A stretch of DNA of 64,000 nucleotides from Dictyostelium discoideum (Eukaryota): the NCBI GenBank assembly GCA_000004695.1, contig CM000151.3:288001-352000 (forward strand), written 5' to 3'. Made by a program: the position numbers and the translations under genes. This document shows, in pieces, positions 1 to 11,759 of the stretch. The first letter of the stretch is position 1; each line of letters opens with the position of its first letter. Below the pieces are notes generated by a model that worked only from the letters and a program-made list of their open reading frames with translations, was not told the DNA's origin and searched no databases.

Positions 1-159
1 AGTGAAATGTTTTGAATTGTACCTAATGAATCTTTATTATTATTATTATCTCTATTAAAATAAAAATAAATTAAAAAAAAAAAATGAAAAAAAAAATGAA
101 AAAAAAAAAAATGAAAAAAAAAAAAAATTAAAAAAAAAAGGGTTTTTTTTTTTTTTATT

Positions 160-400
160 TTAATTATTTTAAAGTAATTTCATTGTTTACTCATCAAAAC
201 CTATTGATAATAGTAAAGGTCTTGGTGGTGGTGGTGGTGGTCGATTACATAAAGAACCTATTTTAATTTATTAATATTTATTTGATAATATTTTCATCAC
301 CATTAACATCAATTAGATATTATAAAATTTAATATCTATAGTCCAAAACTATTAATAATCCATATTTCACAATAATATTATGAAAAAATAAAAATTAATT
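160..400 (+). pseudogene. C-terminal remnant of a paralog-array family member (internal deletion, stops)
   Basis: Matches ...DFIVYSSK..GGGG..RLHKEPI..YLFDNIF.SPLTSIR.Y.....NPYF of the intact copies, but is interrupted by stops and lacks the N-terminal 500 aa. Confidence 0.5.
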
Positions 401-472
401 ATTATCCAAAAAAAAAAAAAAAAAAAATTTAACATTGGTCAAACCCACTCTTTATAATTTAAACAAATAATA

Positions 473-2452
473 ATGTCAACAAGTAAAAAAATTAAAACAG
501 ATAATAATAATAAAATATTTCAAGATGTTATTGATTTTGAAATTTTAAAATCTATTATCAATTATTTATTAATCAGTAAAAAAAATAATAAAAATAATAA
601 TACTATTAATCAATATAAAATTAGTAAATTTTATTTAAATAGAAATGAAATATTAAATTATATATTAGTTTCAAAAAAGTGGTATAATTTTATATCATTA
701 ACAATATCAAATAATATTATTAATAATAAATCATTTGAACATTGGTTAGAAATTAATTATAATAAAAATAAATCATTTACTGAAAATTATAATAATCAAA
801 ATCAATATGATAAAAATAATTTAGTTTTTTATAGTAAAGATGATGGTGAATTCTATGTACATAAACATAATAATATTAGTTTTAATAAAGAGTTTTCAAT
901 TATAAAAATCAAAGAATCAATAATCAATGATTATCTCAAAAACAATTTATTTTTAGATAAAATTACAATTGATGATTTTAAAGAAATTAAAAATAAATTT
1001 GAAAATAATCAATTACTTTATAATAGAATTGTAGTTAATTTTTGTCGTAATAATGATGATACACAAATGACAACATATAAATATGGTGAAGTTCATTATT
1101 TTAAAGATCAATATAAAATTTTATTTAAAATACATGAATATGTATCAAATGAAAATTCAGAAACCATATCAAATTTATTTAAAGTGTTAGAATTAAATCA
1201 TGATTTTGAGTTGGATAAAATTTATAATCCAAAATCTGAAAAGGATAATAAAGGTAATAAGAAACCTACTACTGAATTATATTTAAATAGTTTATCAATT
1301 GTTGGTTATGATTGGAGTAAAGATGAGGATGATGATGAAGAAACAGTAAAGATATTCAAAATTTTCAAAGGTAAGAATTTAATTTATGATGGTTCCGATA
1401 TTCAGCATGAAATTTCAACACATGTCAATTATTCAGCATTATTTGACCCAGATAACTCAGGTCAACAAGTTGAATCAATTAAAGTAAAAAGTGAACGTGG
1501 TAATGATGAGTATGTCGAAGCACGTCATTTAATTAAAATTAATCAATTTGAAAATTTACATTCAATTACAATACCAATTAATTCATTTCAAATATTATCA
1601 AACTTATCCGATGATAAAATGGTATTTTATCAGTTTCATAGATATGATACAGATCCAGACAATTCAGATAATATGAAATCAGAATTAAATCAAATGATCA
1701 ATTCACTCATCACATGTAAATCTTTAAAGAATTTAAAAATACTATGTGTAAATTCAAAAAACTATTCAATTGATTTTGAAAGATTGGTTGGTGGTGATAA
1801 AGTTTCGCCTTATGAAATAAATAAAACTATAGAATCATTTTCAAATTCATTTAAACCATTATTTTCAGAATTAAATTCATCAATTGAAAGAATTGAATTT
1901 GATTGTATGGGTTTATTAAATATCAATACATTTTCAAATTTATTAAATAATAAATCAATTAAATATTTATATTTATATGATGATAGTGATTTCTTTGTTT
2001 ACTCTTCAAAAGCAAGTGATAATGGTGGTGGTAATGAATTACATAAAGAACCTATTTCAATTAATCAATATTTACTTGAGAATATTTTTTCATCACCATT
2101 AACATCAATCAGGCATTATAGAATTTGTTTCAGAGAATCAAAACAATTAAAATTCATATTTAATTTAATATTAAATAATATTTTTAAATTACATTTATAT
2201 TCATTAATATTTGAATTCTGTGAAAACGAAATAGTTGGTGAATTTGTTAAAGAATATAAAAATTTAATAAATAATATTTCAACACAACAACAACAACAAG
2301 AAGAACAACAAAAATCAAACAACATCAATTTAAAAGAAATTAAAATTAAAATTATAACTCCATTTGAATATGAAGAATATATTCAAGAATTGAATAATAT
2401 TAATAATCCATATTTCGCAACAGTAATAAAGAAAATAATTACTGATTGTTAG
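473..2452 (+). CDS. Paralog-array family member 1 (659 aa, intact): F-box-like N-terminus with polyN linker
   Basis: Intact 1980-nt ORF in about 78% AT DNA. The N-terminus FEILKSIINYLL..(polyN)..NEILNYILVSKKWYNFISLTISN resembles an F-box split by a low-complexity insert. It has the invariant ALFDPDNSGQQVESIKV and the C-terminal NPYFATVIKK shared by all copies. The conserved leader CTCTTTATAATTTAAACAAATAATA lies directly 5' of the ATG. Confidence 0.75.
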   Translation: MSTSKKIKTDNNNKIFQDVIDFEILKSIINYLLISKKNNKNNNTINQYKISKFYLNRNEILNYILVSKKWYNFISLTISNNIINNKSFEHWLEINYNKNKSFTENYNNQNQYDKNNLVFYSKDDGEFYVHKHNNISFNKEFSIIKIKESIINDYLKNNLFLDKITIDDFKEIKNKFENNQLLYNRIVVNFCRNNDDTQMTTYKYGEVHYFKDQYKILFKIHEYVSNENSETISNLFKVLELNHDFELDKIYNPKSEKDNKGNKKPTTELYLNSLSIVGYDWSKDEDDDEETVKIFKIFKGKNLIYDGSDIQHEISTHVNYSALFDPDNSGQQVESIKVKSERGNDEYVEARHLIKINQFENLHSITIPINSFQILSNLSDDKMVFYQFHRYDTDPDNSDNMKSELNQMINSLITCKSLKNLKILCVNSKNYSIDFERLVGGDKVSPYEINKTIESFSNSFKPLFSELNSSIERIEFDCMGLLNINTFSNLLNNKSIKYLYLYDDSDFFVYSSKASDNGGGNELHKEPISINQYLLENIFSSPLTSIRHYRICFRESKQLKFIFNLILNNIFKLHLYSLIFEFCENEIVGEFVKEYKNLINNISTQQQQQEEQQKSNNINLKEIKIKIITPFEYEEYIQELNNINNPYFATVIKKIITDC

Positions 2453-3224
2453 AAAATAAAAAATAAAAAATAAAAAAAAAAACAAAAAAAAATATTTCTA
2501 ATATTAATACATGTATGCATAGAGTTTTTATTCTAACATTCAATTTTTGTTTTTGGCGAAGTGTTAAATTAAAATACTTATAGGCTATCTCTTTGATGAA
2601 AGGAATTGTTATCCTTCTCTTGCCAAGTTTGTTTTAATTATAATACTATTGGAATGTGAAGATAGTGATAAATTATTATATGGTAGCAGTGATTTTGGAA
2701 TATGGAGATGATGGTGATAATAAAGATTTTTGGTTGAAAAAGATGGTGAAACTTTGTGAAGTTGTTGATAGATCTTTTAAACCTAAACTTTGCATATTGG
2801 AATAGCTGATGTTATTGAACAAAATACATTACCTCTAAAACCAAATAATTATGTTTGAACCACCAAATAAACTAGTTCCAAAGCTTGAAATTGTAAATAA
2901 TAGACCACCAATTGGTTGAGTTGAATCACATAGAAATCCACCATAGTAGTTGTTGATTGATGAGCCATGAGTAAATTGGTAGATGCCAATTCGAAGATGC
3001 TCCACTAGGTGATTATTGTATTGAAGCGAACAATTCCCAAGTGATACATATCAAGCAGTTAATACATCATCAGATTCACCATTCTCTTCAGACAATTCAA
3101 TTGTTAAATCATGTTTCAGGAACATTAGATTATCAAAACTTAGGTTTATCAACATTCTATGAAATTGGTACCATTGTTTGGATTGATTCAAATAACAATG
3201 ATAAATTCGAACAACCACGTGATT

Positions 3225-3884
3225 GTCCCATGCCAAAATTATCATATTAATTTCAGCAGCCATATTAATTTTGGCATGGGACTTATGTCTGCCAAAATTA
3301 CCGTATTAATTTCAGCATGTACATAGCAGCCAAAATTAATAAGGTAATTTTGGCATAGAAAAAAAAAAAAGTCAAAGTCATTTAATTAATAATCATCTCA
3401 AATATAAACAAAATTTTAGTACTAAAATTATTATTATTATTTTTATTATAATAATTATAATAAAAAAAAAAAAAAAAAAATTTCATATTATTTTATTTAT
3501 ATCTTTTATTTATTTTTATCTTTTTATTTTTATTATTAATTTTATAATTTATTTTCATTTCTTTTTTTTAGTTGATGTATATTTTTTTATTATTCATTTA
3601 TGTCTACGTTCTAATAAAAAAAATATACACAAAAAAAAAAAAAATTAAAAATAAAAAAAAAAATAAATTGAAGGCACTCATATACTGTCTTCCCAAATAA
3701 CATGTTTTTCAATGTTTTTATACAAATCAGAATTATTTTAAAATAAATTTATGGGATTCTTTTTTTTGTTAATCAAGCAAAATAACGCAGGTATCTCAAT
3801 CAGTCACTTTTCTAAATATTAATTTTTTATTATTAAATCATTATATAATTAAATTAATTAAAATAATTAAAAAAAAAATAAAAA

Positions 3885-3920
<36 letters not shown>

Positions 3921-4420
3921 GAATGAAATGGAATAAAATAAATTAAAAAAAAGAAATACAGAAATTAAAGAAACTTATTTCGAAATTGTTTAAACAATCA
4001 TACAGTTTAAAATTAAATAAATTGTTTTAAACCACCACTTTTTTTGAACACATGAAAATAAATAAGAAATAAAAATAAAAAGATAAAAAAAGATTTGTTT
4101 TTATTTTTTTTTATTTTATAATTATTCTTGTCGTCAGTATTGTTACTATTAATTAATCCCATGAGTTTTTTATTATTATTATTTTTAATTCTTTTATATT
4201 TGAGATGATTATTATTAATTAAATGACTTTGAGTTTTTTTTTTTATTTTTCTATGCCCAAAATTACCATATTAATTTCAGCCTAAAATAGGTGGTCTGTG
4301 CATGCCAAAATTAATATGGCTGCTGAAATTAATATGGTAATTCTAGCAGACATAAGTCCCATGCCAAAATTATCATATTAATTTCAGCAGCCATATTAAT
4401 TTTGGCATGGGACACGTGAT
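3225..4420. mobile_element. MITE-like non-autonomous element (P element family) with complex palindromic termini
   Basis: The same 58-bp palindrome GTCCCATGCCAAAATTATCATATTAATTTCAGCAGCCATATTAATTTTGGCATGGGAC sits at both ends (3225-3282 and 4366-4420). Subterminal modules (CTCAAATATAAA..AATGACTTTGA..CTATGCC) are in inverted orientation at 3340-3420 versus 4190-4265. The interior is AT-rich and non-coding. Related ends occur at 11760-11885, 19690-20155, 45890-46030, 60020-60500 and 61930-62215. Confidence 0.6.
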
Positions 4421-4740
4421 ATCGGAAAATCACATGCATCAATTACATTAACCAACAATGGCAATGGTGAAACATCAACAATTCCAACAGATGTTGATGG
4501 AGCAGTAGTGGTTGATGATTACAAATTTTTATCCGTTAATTGTGGTTATAAAGTGTTTTTAATTTCAAATATTATATATAAAAAAAATAAAATTTTAAAA
4601 AAAACCAATTTGTAAAATACATTATAAAAAACAAATAATAATTATGTAACTATATGTAAAATAAACTTTTCAAATAAATAATATTAAAAATTATAGAAAG
4701 AAATTTTTAAGTTATCAATTTTCATTATTTTTTTTTTTAC

Positions 4741-4920
4741 TGAATTTGGTGTACACAGGATCATAGGTTCCCCCGTCATTTTTTGAAAATGGGGCACATC
4801 CCCTTAAAATAAAAAACTAAATGCTAAAAGTTATCTATTTTTATATCTAATTTCGAATTAATATTATCGAGGAAATCTGTGAATGCTAATCTAACCAACA
4901 GATACCTGCTTTTTCATTTC
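4741..4920 (+). repeat. Dispersed repeat with conserved hairpin core GGTGNACACAGGATCATAGGTTCCCCGTCATTTTTTGAAAATGGGG
   Basis: Near-identical copies at 5551-5700, 37795-37915 and 50555-50640 (reverse), plus a fragment at 11590-11620. Always next to Ser/Thr-rich coding-like repeat segments. Confidence 0.6.
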
Positions 4921-5844
4921 TATCAACATTGAATCTACTACAGATATTGATATTATTATTATTTAATTTTTGTGAAAGAAATGTCACGGAGGTGAACCTG
5001 TTTCTTCTTATTTGATTCTATACTTCTTAGTTGATAAAGAGTGTGGACCTGTAGTTTAAGTTAGTAGGTAGTGGTGGTAAAACTTGATGGCATCGTGTAA
5101 AGGATGATACAGTATGAGTGGTTGTTGATGCAGAACGAGTTGAAGCCTTTGTCAAAGTTGTGTATATCAAATGATGCGAATACTCTATTAGTTTGAACGA
5201 TGCTATTGTAAACTACTAAATCAGTGTAAGCTGTACATTTGGTAAGTGGCGTAATAATTGAACTTTGTGACATTGTGTAAAAGAGATCGTTGACATAGTG
5301 ACCTTGTGGTGTGAGGGTTCATTTGATTTTGTATAGAGCAAAGCCATACTAATAATACATTGTGGTGTGAGGGTCAATTGAGTTGGAAATTAATTTGTTT
5401 TATTATCGAACCTGATGCTTTCTACTATTAACACTACTTCTGGATTTAGTGTGATACCTATCCACTTTTACTATTACAATTACATGAAGTTCATGATAAT
5501 TTTAGGTTTTTTGATTTTGCTGATGGATATTGATGATCTTCTTCTTTGGTGAACACAGGATCATAGGTTCCCCGTCATTTTTTGAAAATGGGGCCCATCC
5601 CCTTAAAATAAAACCATATGCTAAAATTTATCCCTTTTTACATCCAATGTTGAATTAATTATCGAGGAAATAGGTGACCTGCTTTTCATTTCTATCTTCT
5701 GCTATGTATCAAAATTGTACCAAGATTAAATTGATCACTTGGGTTTCTATTGTTGTTTGGTGCTGACAGAAACCATTAAATCAGATTGTTGATCCGTTTT
5801 ATCTCTTCTTTACCACCACCAATACTTGATTTGCCGCAAGTAGT

Positions 5845-6213
5845 TTATGGTGCACCATGAGTAGCTGATGGAACAGTAGTGGTTGATGATGCAAAATGAG
5901 AAGTTAATGGACCAATAGAAGTTGATGGTGTTGCATGAGTAGTTGATGGACCAGTGGAAGTTGATGATGTAACATGAGTAGTTGGTGAATCAATGGAAGT
6001 TGATGATACAGTATGAGTATTTGATGGACCAGTGGAAGTTGATGATGTAACATGAGTAGTTGATCTACTACTACCACTACTACCACTACAACTACTGCTA
6101 CTATTAATACTAATACTAATACTATTACTAATACTAATACTAATACTAATACTAATACTAATACTAATACTAATTCTACTATCTTTACTATTCATTCCAA
6201 TTGGTGTTATCAT
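5845..6213 (-). repeat. Ser/Thr-rich mucin-like tandem-repeat ORF (TTHVTSSTSTGPS units, poly(IS) run); probably part of a repetitive element
   Basis: 122-aa ORF of imperfect 13-aa repeats. Related Thr/Ser/Pro-coding segments lie at 4440-4520, 31240-31500 (frameshifted) and 37640-37740, each beside the hairpin repeat. Confidence 0.35.
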
Positions 6214-6764
6214 CTGAAGTTGAATTAATTTTTATCACTTTTAAAACCGAATTCTCGACGTCTCCAAGAATATAAGAACAATAATTCAATATTGTTACAT
6301 TATGTTGTTGAAACATTTACACCTCTACCCCGTGCATATGTATCATTATTATTTGATATTGCAATTGAATGATTAACAATTAAAATGAAAACCAAAAAAA
6401 AAAAAAAAATTGGAAATTGGTAATGTTTCTACTGTAAAAAAAAAAATTAAAAAAAAAAATTAAAAAAAAAAAAAATAAAAAAAAAAATAAATAATTTTAG
6501 AAGCTATTATTATTTATTTATTTATTTATGTATTTATTTTTTTTTTATTTTTTTTATATATTTATCTTTTTAATTATTTTTTTGACAAATAATTGAGAAT
6601 GAAAACTAGAATTATTACCAATCTAATTTATTTCTTAATTTTTTTTTTTTTTGATTTTTCTTTTTTTTTTGATATTTTTCAAAAATTTTTTTTTAAAATA
6701 TATAAATGAGATATTTTAAAACATATCATTTATCAGACACTCTTTATAATTTAAACAAATAATA

Positions 6765-8618
6765 ATGTCAACAAATAAAAAAATAAAAACAGATAATAAT
6801 AATAAAATATTTCAAGATATTATTGATTTTGAAATTTTAAAATCTATAATCGATTATTTATTAACCAGCAAAAAAAATAAAAATAATAATAATATTAATA
6901 ATAATCAATATATAATTAAAAAATTTTATTTATATAGAGATGAAATATTAAATTATATATTAGTTTCAAAAAAGTGGTATAATTTTATATCATTTACAAT
7001 ATCAAATAATATTATTAATAATAAACTATTTGAACATTGGTTAAAAACTAATTTTAGTAATAATTCATTTATTGAAAATTATAATAATCAAAATCAATAT
7101 GATAAAAATAATTTAATTTATAATAACATAGAAGATAAACAATATAAAATTAGTTTTAATAAAGAATTTTCAATTATAAAAATCAAAGAATCAATAATCA
7201 ATGATTATTTTAAATTCAATTTATTTTTAGATCATTTTACGATTGACGATGATTTTAAAGAAATTAAAAATAAATTTGAAAAAAATCAATTACTTTATCA
7301 TAGAATTGTAGTTAGTGTTGATACTGATAATTATGGGTTTCCTAGTGATATTTTATTTACAATACATGAATATGTATCAAATGAAAATTCAGAAATCATA
7401 TCAAATTTATTTAAAATATTAGAATTAAATTTTGATTTTTGGTTGGATTACGGATATTGTCCACGTTCTGAAGAGGAGGATGATGAAGGTAATAAAAAAT
7501 GTAGAGAAATATATTTAAATAATTTATCAATTGCTGGTTATAATAGAGAAGTAGGTGAAGATGAAGAAACATTAAAGATATTCAAAATTTTCAAAAGTAA
7601 AAATATAATTTATGATGGATCCAATATTGATGAAAGTGATACTCCAACACATATCGATTATTCAACATTATTCGATCCAGATAATTCAGGTCAACAAGTT
7701 GAATCAATTAAAGTAAAAAATGAATATGGTAATGAAGCACGTCATTTAATCAAACTTAATCAATTTAAAAATTTACATTCAATTACAATACCAATTAATT
7801 CATTTCAAATATTATCAAACTTATCTGAAGAAATGGGATTTTGTAAGTTATATCGTACGATATATTCAGGTGATTCAGATAATATGAAATCAGAATTAAA
7901 TCAAATGATTAATTCATTCATTACAAATAAATCTTTAAAGTATTTAAATATATCATCTGTAAATTCAATATACACTCTTCCAATTAAAAATTATGATGGA
8001 GGTTATCATGAAATTTTTTTTAATAAAATAAATAAAACTATAGAATCATATTCAAATTCATTTAAACCATTATTTTCAGAATTAAATACATCGATTGAAA
8101 GAATTGAATTTGATTGTATGGGTTTATTAAATAATAAATCAATTAAATATTTATATTTATATGATAGTGATTTCATTGTTTATTCATCAAAACAAAAAGG
8201 TAATGTTAGTGGTATTCGATTACATAAAGAACATATTTCAATTAATCAATATTTATTTGATAATATATTTTCATCACCATTAACATCAATTAGACATTAT
8301 AAAATTAAATTCATAGAATTAAATCAAATCAAATTCTTATTTAATTTAATATTAAATAATATTTTTAAATTACAATTATATTCATTAATATTTGAATTCA
8401 ATGATAGCGAATTAATTGGTGAATTTGTTAAAGAATTTAAAAACTTAATAAATAATATTTCAACACAAGAACAACAAAAATCAAATAACATAAATTTAAA
8501 AGAAATTAAGATTAAAATTCAAGATGTTAATATTGATAAATATATTCAAGAATTAAATAATATTAACAATCCATATTTTACAACAATAATAAAGAAAAAA
8601 GCTAATAATGATGATTAA
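6765..8618 (+). CDS. Paralog-array family member 2 (617 aa, intact)
   Basis: Same architecture and motifs as 473..2452. The conserved leader ...CTCTTTATAATTTAAACAAATAATAATG is present upstream. Confidence 0.75.
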   Translation: MSTNKKIKTDNNNKIFQDIIDFEILKSIIDYLLTSKKNKNNNNINNNQYIIKKFYLYRDEILNYILVSKKWYNFISFTISNNIINNKLFEHWLKTNFSNNSFIENYNNQNQYDKNNLIYNNIEDKQYKISFNKEFSIIKIKESIINDYFKFNLFLDHFTIDDDFKEIKNKFEKNQLLYHRIVVSVDTDNYGFPSDILFTIHEYVSNENSEIISNLFKILELNFDFWLDYGYCPRSEEEDDEGNKKCREIYLNNLSIAGYNREVGEDEETLKIFKIFKSKNIIYDGSNIDESDTPTHIDYSTLFDPDNSGQQVESIKVKNEYGNEARHLIKLNQFKNLHSITIPINSFQILSNLSEEMGFCKLYRTIYSGDSDNMKSELNQMINSFITNKSLKYLNISSVNSIYTLPIKNYDGGYHEIFFNKINKTIESYSNSFKPLFSELNTSIERIEFDCMGLLNNKSIKYLYLYDSDFIVYSSKQKGNVSGIRLHKEHISINQYLFDNIFSSPLTSIRHYKIKFIELNQIKFLFNLILNNIFKLQLYSLIFEFNDSELIGEFVKEFKNLINNISTQEQQKSNNINLKEIKIKIQDVNIDKYIQELNNINNPYFTTIIKKKANNDD

Positions 8619-9223
8619 AAAAAATTATCTATATCTAAATTATTCATTTTTCATCCAACTATTTATTTTTTTTTTATTTTTTTTTTTTCAAGTTTTATTT
8701 GGATAAAATTAAATAAAATATTTTTTTTATTTATTTTTTTTTTTTTAGTTTCAAACTGTCACACCTGAATAAAAAAAATAAATGAAAAAACCCTCCCTCT
8801 TTATAATTTTTACAAATAATAATAATATCAACAAATTAAACAGACAATTATAATTTACAAAAAAAAAAAAAAAAAAAAAAAAAAATGGAAAAAAGAAAAC
8901 ATTTTTTTTTTTTAATTATTTCTAATTATTTTTAGAATTTAAACACTTTTATACACCTTATTATATTTTAAAATTTAAATTATTTAAAATGAGTGAATTA
9001 GGGGCAAAAAACGAAAAAAAAAAAAGAATTTCTTGCATAAAAAATATCTTTCTCAAATTTTTTTTTTTTTTTTTTATTTTATTTCATTTTTATTTTTATT
9101 TTATTTTTTATTTTATTTCATTTTATTTTTTTTTCCCAAAAAAAACCTTGTTTGAACCAAACAAATACTGTAACACACAAAAAAAAAAAATTGTAAACAT
9201 CTTTAATGGGTGCGACCATAAAT

Positions 9224-9272
<49 letters not shown>

Positions 9273-9662
9273 TTTGGGACAGTATTTGTTCGTTTCACAA
9301 AAAAAACAATTGAAAAAATCTTTCATGGCACTAAAAAAAGATTTTTAAAAAAAAAAAAAATGGATAAAATTTTAAAAAAACGATATCCATTTTGAATAAT
9401 TTAAAAAAAAAATAGGATGTATAAAGATAATCAAAAAAGAAACTTTTTATCCAAAAATGGATAAAGGTAAAATACTAAAAATTAAAATATATATATTAAA
9501 AAAAAAAATTAAATATATTTTTTTTATATATTTATTTTTTTTTTTTTTTTTTTTTTTTCTAAAAATTTAACAAAATAAACATTTTTTCAAAAAAAAAAAA
9601 AAAAAAAAAAAAAAAATTACCTCATTATTCTCGCGCACTCTTTATAATTTAAAAAAATAATA

Positions 9663-11516
9663 ATGTCAACAAATAAAAAAATAAAAACAGATAATAATAA
9701 AAAAATATTTCAAGATATTATTGATTTTGAAATTTTAAGATCAATAATTAATTATTTATTAATCAGCAAAAAAAATAAAAATAATAATAATAATACTAGT
9801 AATCAATATAAAATTAATAAATTTTATTTAAATAGAGATGAAATATTAAATTATATATTAGTTTCAAAAAAGTGGTATAATTTTATATCATTAACAATAT
9901 CAAATAGTATTATTAATAATAAATTATTTGAACATTGGTTAAAAATTAATTATAATAATAAATCATTTATTGAAAATTTTAATAATCAAAATCAATATGA
10001 TAAAAATAATTTAATTTCTAAAAACAAAAAATATAAACAAAATAAAATTAGTTTTAATAAAGAGTTTTCAATTATAAAAATCAAAGAATCAATAATCAAT
10101 GATTATTTTAAATTCAATTTTTTTTTAGATTATATTACAATTGATGATTTTAAAGAAATTAAAAATAAATTTGAAAATAATCAATTACTTTATAATAGAA
10201 TTGTAGTTAATGGTAGTTATGAAGGGGAAGTTTTATTTGGAATACATGAATATTTATCAAATGAAAATTCAGGAGTTATTTTAAATTTATTTAAAATATT
10301 AGAATTAAATCATGCTTTTAATTTATATTATAAACCAAAATCTGAAGAGAAGGATGAGGAGGATGGTCATGATGATAAAGGTAATAAGAAATGTACTGAA
10401 ATATATTTAAATAGTTTATCAGTTTTTGGTTTTGATGAAGGTGAGGGTGAAGTTCAAACATTAAAGATATTCAAAGTTTTCAAAGGTAAAAATTTAGTTT
10501 ATGATGGATCTGAAGAAGATCCTGATTTTCAAACACATATCAATTACTCTGCATTATTTGATCCAGATAGCTCAGGTCAACAAGTTGAATCGATTCAAGT
10601 ACAAAATAAATATGATAATGAAGAGTCAGTCGAAGCACGTCATTTAATCAAAGTTAATCAATTTAAAAATTTACATTCAATTATAATACCAATTAATTCA
10701 TTTCAAATATTATCAAACTTATCTAAAGAAATGGGATTTATTAGTTCCCATGGTTATGAAGAATATTCAGGAAATTCAGAAAATATGAAATCAGAATTAA
10801 ATCAAATGATCAATTCAATCGTTACAAGTAAATCTTTAAAGAATTTAAAAATAACATCTGTAAATTCAATATATTATCCAATTGATTACAAAGCTTTTTA
10901 TGATGGTGATCTTGAAACCCTTACTAATAAAGTAAATGAAACTATAGAATCATTTTCAAATTCATTTAAACCATTATTTTCAGAATTAAATACATCAATT
11001 GAAAGAATTGAATTTGATTGTATGGGTTTATTAAATATCAATACATTTTCAAATTTATTAAATAATAAATCAATTAAATATTTATATTTATATAATAGTG
11101 ATTTCATTGTTTTTTCACCTAAAAAAAGAGGTGGTCCATTTCATAGAGAACCTATTTCAATTAATCAATATTTATTTGATAATATATTTTCATCACCATT
11201 AACATCAATTAGACATTATAAAATTAAATTCATAAAATCAAATGAATTAAAATTCATATTTAATTTAATATTAAATAATATTTTTAAATTACAATTATAT
11301 TCATTAATATTTGAATTCAATGAAAACGAATTAATTGGTGAATTTTTTAAAGAATATAAAAATTTAAAAAATAATATTTCAACACAACAACAAAAATCAA
11401 ATAACATAAATTTAAAAGAAATTAAAATTAAAATTAAAGATGATGAATATATTCAAGAATTAAATAATATTAATATTCCATATTTCACCACAACATTAAT
11501 AAAGAAAATAACCTAA
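9663..11516 (+). CDS. Paralog-array family member 3 (617 aa, intact)
   Basis: Paralog with the same N-terminal F-box-like motif, ALFDPDSSGQQVESIQV core and IPYFTTTLIKKIT end. Conserved leader upstream. Confidence 0.75.
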   Translation: MSTNKKIKTDNNKKIFQDIIDFEILRSIINYLLISKKNKNNNNNTSNQYKINKFYLNRDEILNYILVSKKWYNFISLTISNSIINNKLFEHWLKINYNNKSFIENFNNQNQYDKNNLISKNKKYKQNKISFNKEFSIIKIKESIINDYFKFNFFLDYITIDDFKEIKNKFENNQLLYNRIVVNGSYEGEVLFGIHEYLSNENSGVILNLFKILELNHAFNLYYKPKSEEKDEEDGHDDKGNKKCTEIYLNSLSVFGFDEGEGEVQTLKIFKVFKGKNLVYDGSEEDPDFQTHINYSALFDPDSSGQQVESIQVQNKYDNEESVEARHLIKVNQFKNLHSIIIPINSFQILSNLSKEMGFISSHGYEEYSGNSENMKSELNQMINSIVTSKSLKNLKITSVNSIYYPIDYKAFYDGDLETLTNKVNETIESFSNSFKPLFSELNTSIERIEFDCMGLLNINTFSNLLNNKSIKYLYLYNSDFIVFSPKKRGGPFHREPISINQYLFDNIFSSPLTSIRHYKIKFIKSNELKFIFNLILNNIFKLQLYSLIFEFNENELIGEFFKEYKNLKNNISTQQQKSNNINLKEIKIKIKDDEYIQELNNINIPYFTTTLIKKIT

Positions 11517-11759
11517 AATTTAGGTGGTGTAATAGTTGAACGTGATGACATCGTGTAAAGGGGATCGTTGGCATAATAACCTACTAAATTTGGTGAACAC
11601 AGGATCATAGGTTTACTATAAACAAACATATAAAGAAATAAAAGATAAAAATAAAATGATATAAGATTTTTTTTTTTTTTTTTTTTTTTATTATTATTAT
11701 TATTGTAATAAAAAAAAAATAATAATTTTAGTACTAAAATTTTTTTAGTAATTTTAGTA

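Noticed and set aside
2116-2328. 70-aa ORF antisense to family gene 1 (MMLFDFCCSSCCCCC...). Equivalent antisense ORFs at 10898..11107, 11216..11407, 12037..12267, 12409..12606, 47747..47941 and 48092..48286
   Set aside because: They are the reverse complements of the conserved C-terminal coding block (the polyQ CAA repeats read as polyC TTG on the other strand). They recur only because the sense genes are paralogs, and they have no independent support.
3041-3263. Overlapping 69/70-aa ORFs on both strands
   Set aside because: They lie across the MITE terminus and unique AT-poor filler. There is no codon-usage signal or conserved partner, so they are probably chance ORFs.
5904-6086. 60-aa ORF MVVVVVVDQLLMLHHQLPL... 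overlapping the Ser/Thr-rich repeat ORF
   Set aside because: An alternative frame of the same tandem repeat. Periodic repeats give open frames in several phases.
8989-9326. ORFs 8989..9225 (+) and 9123..9326 (-) made of poly-F/poly-K
   Set aside because: Translations of poly(T)/poly(A) intergenic tracts. Not coding.
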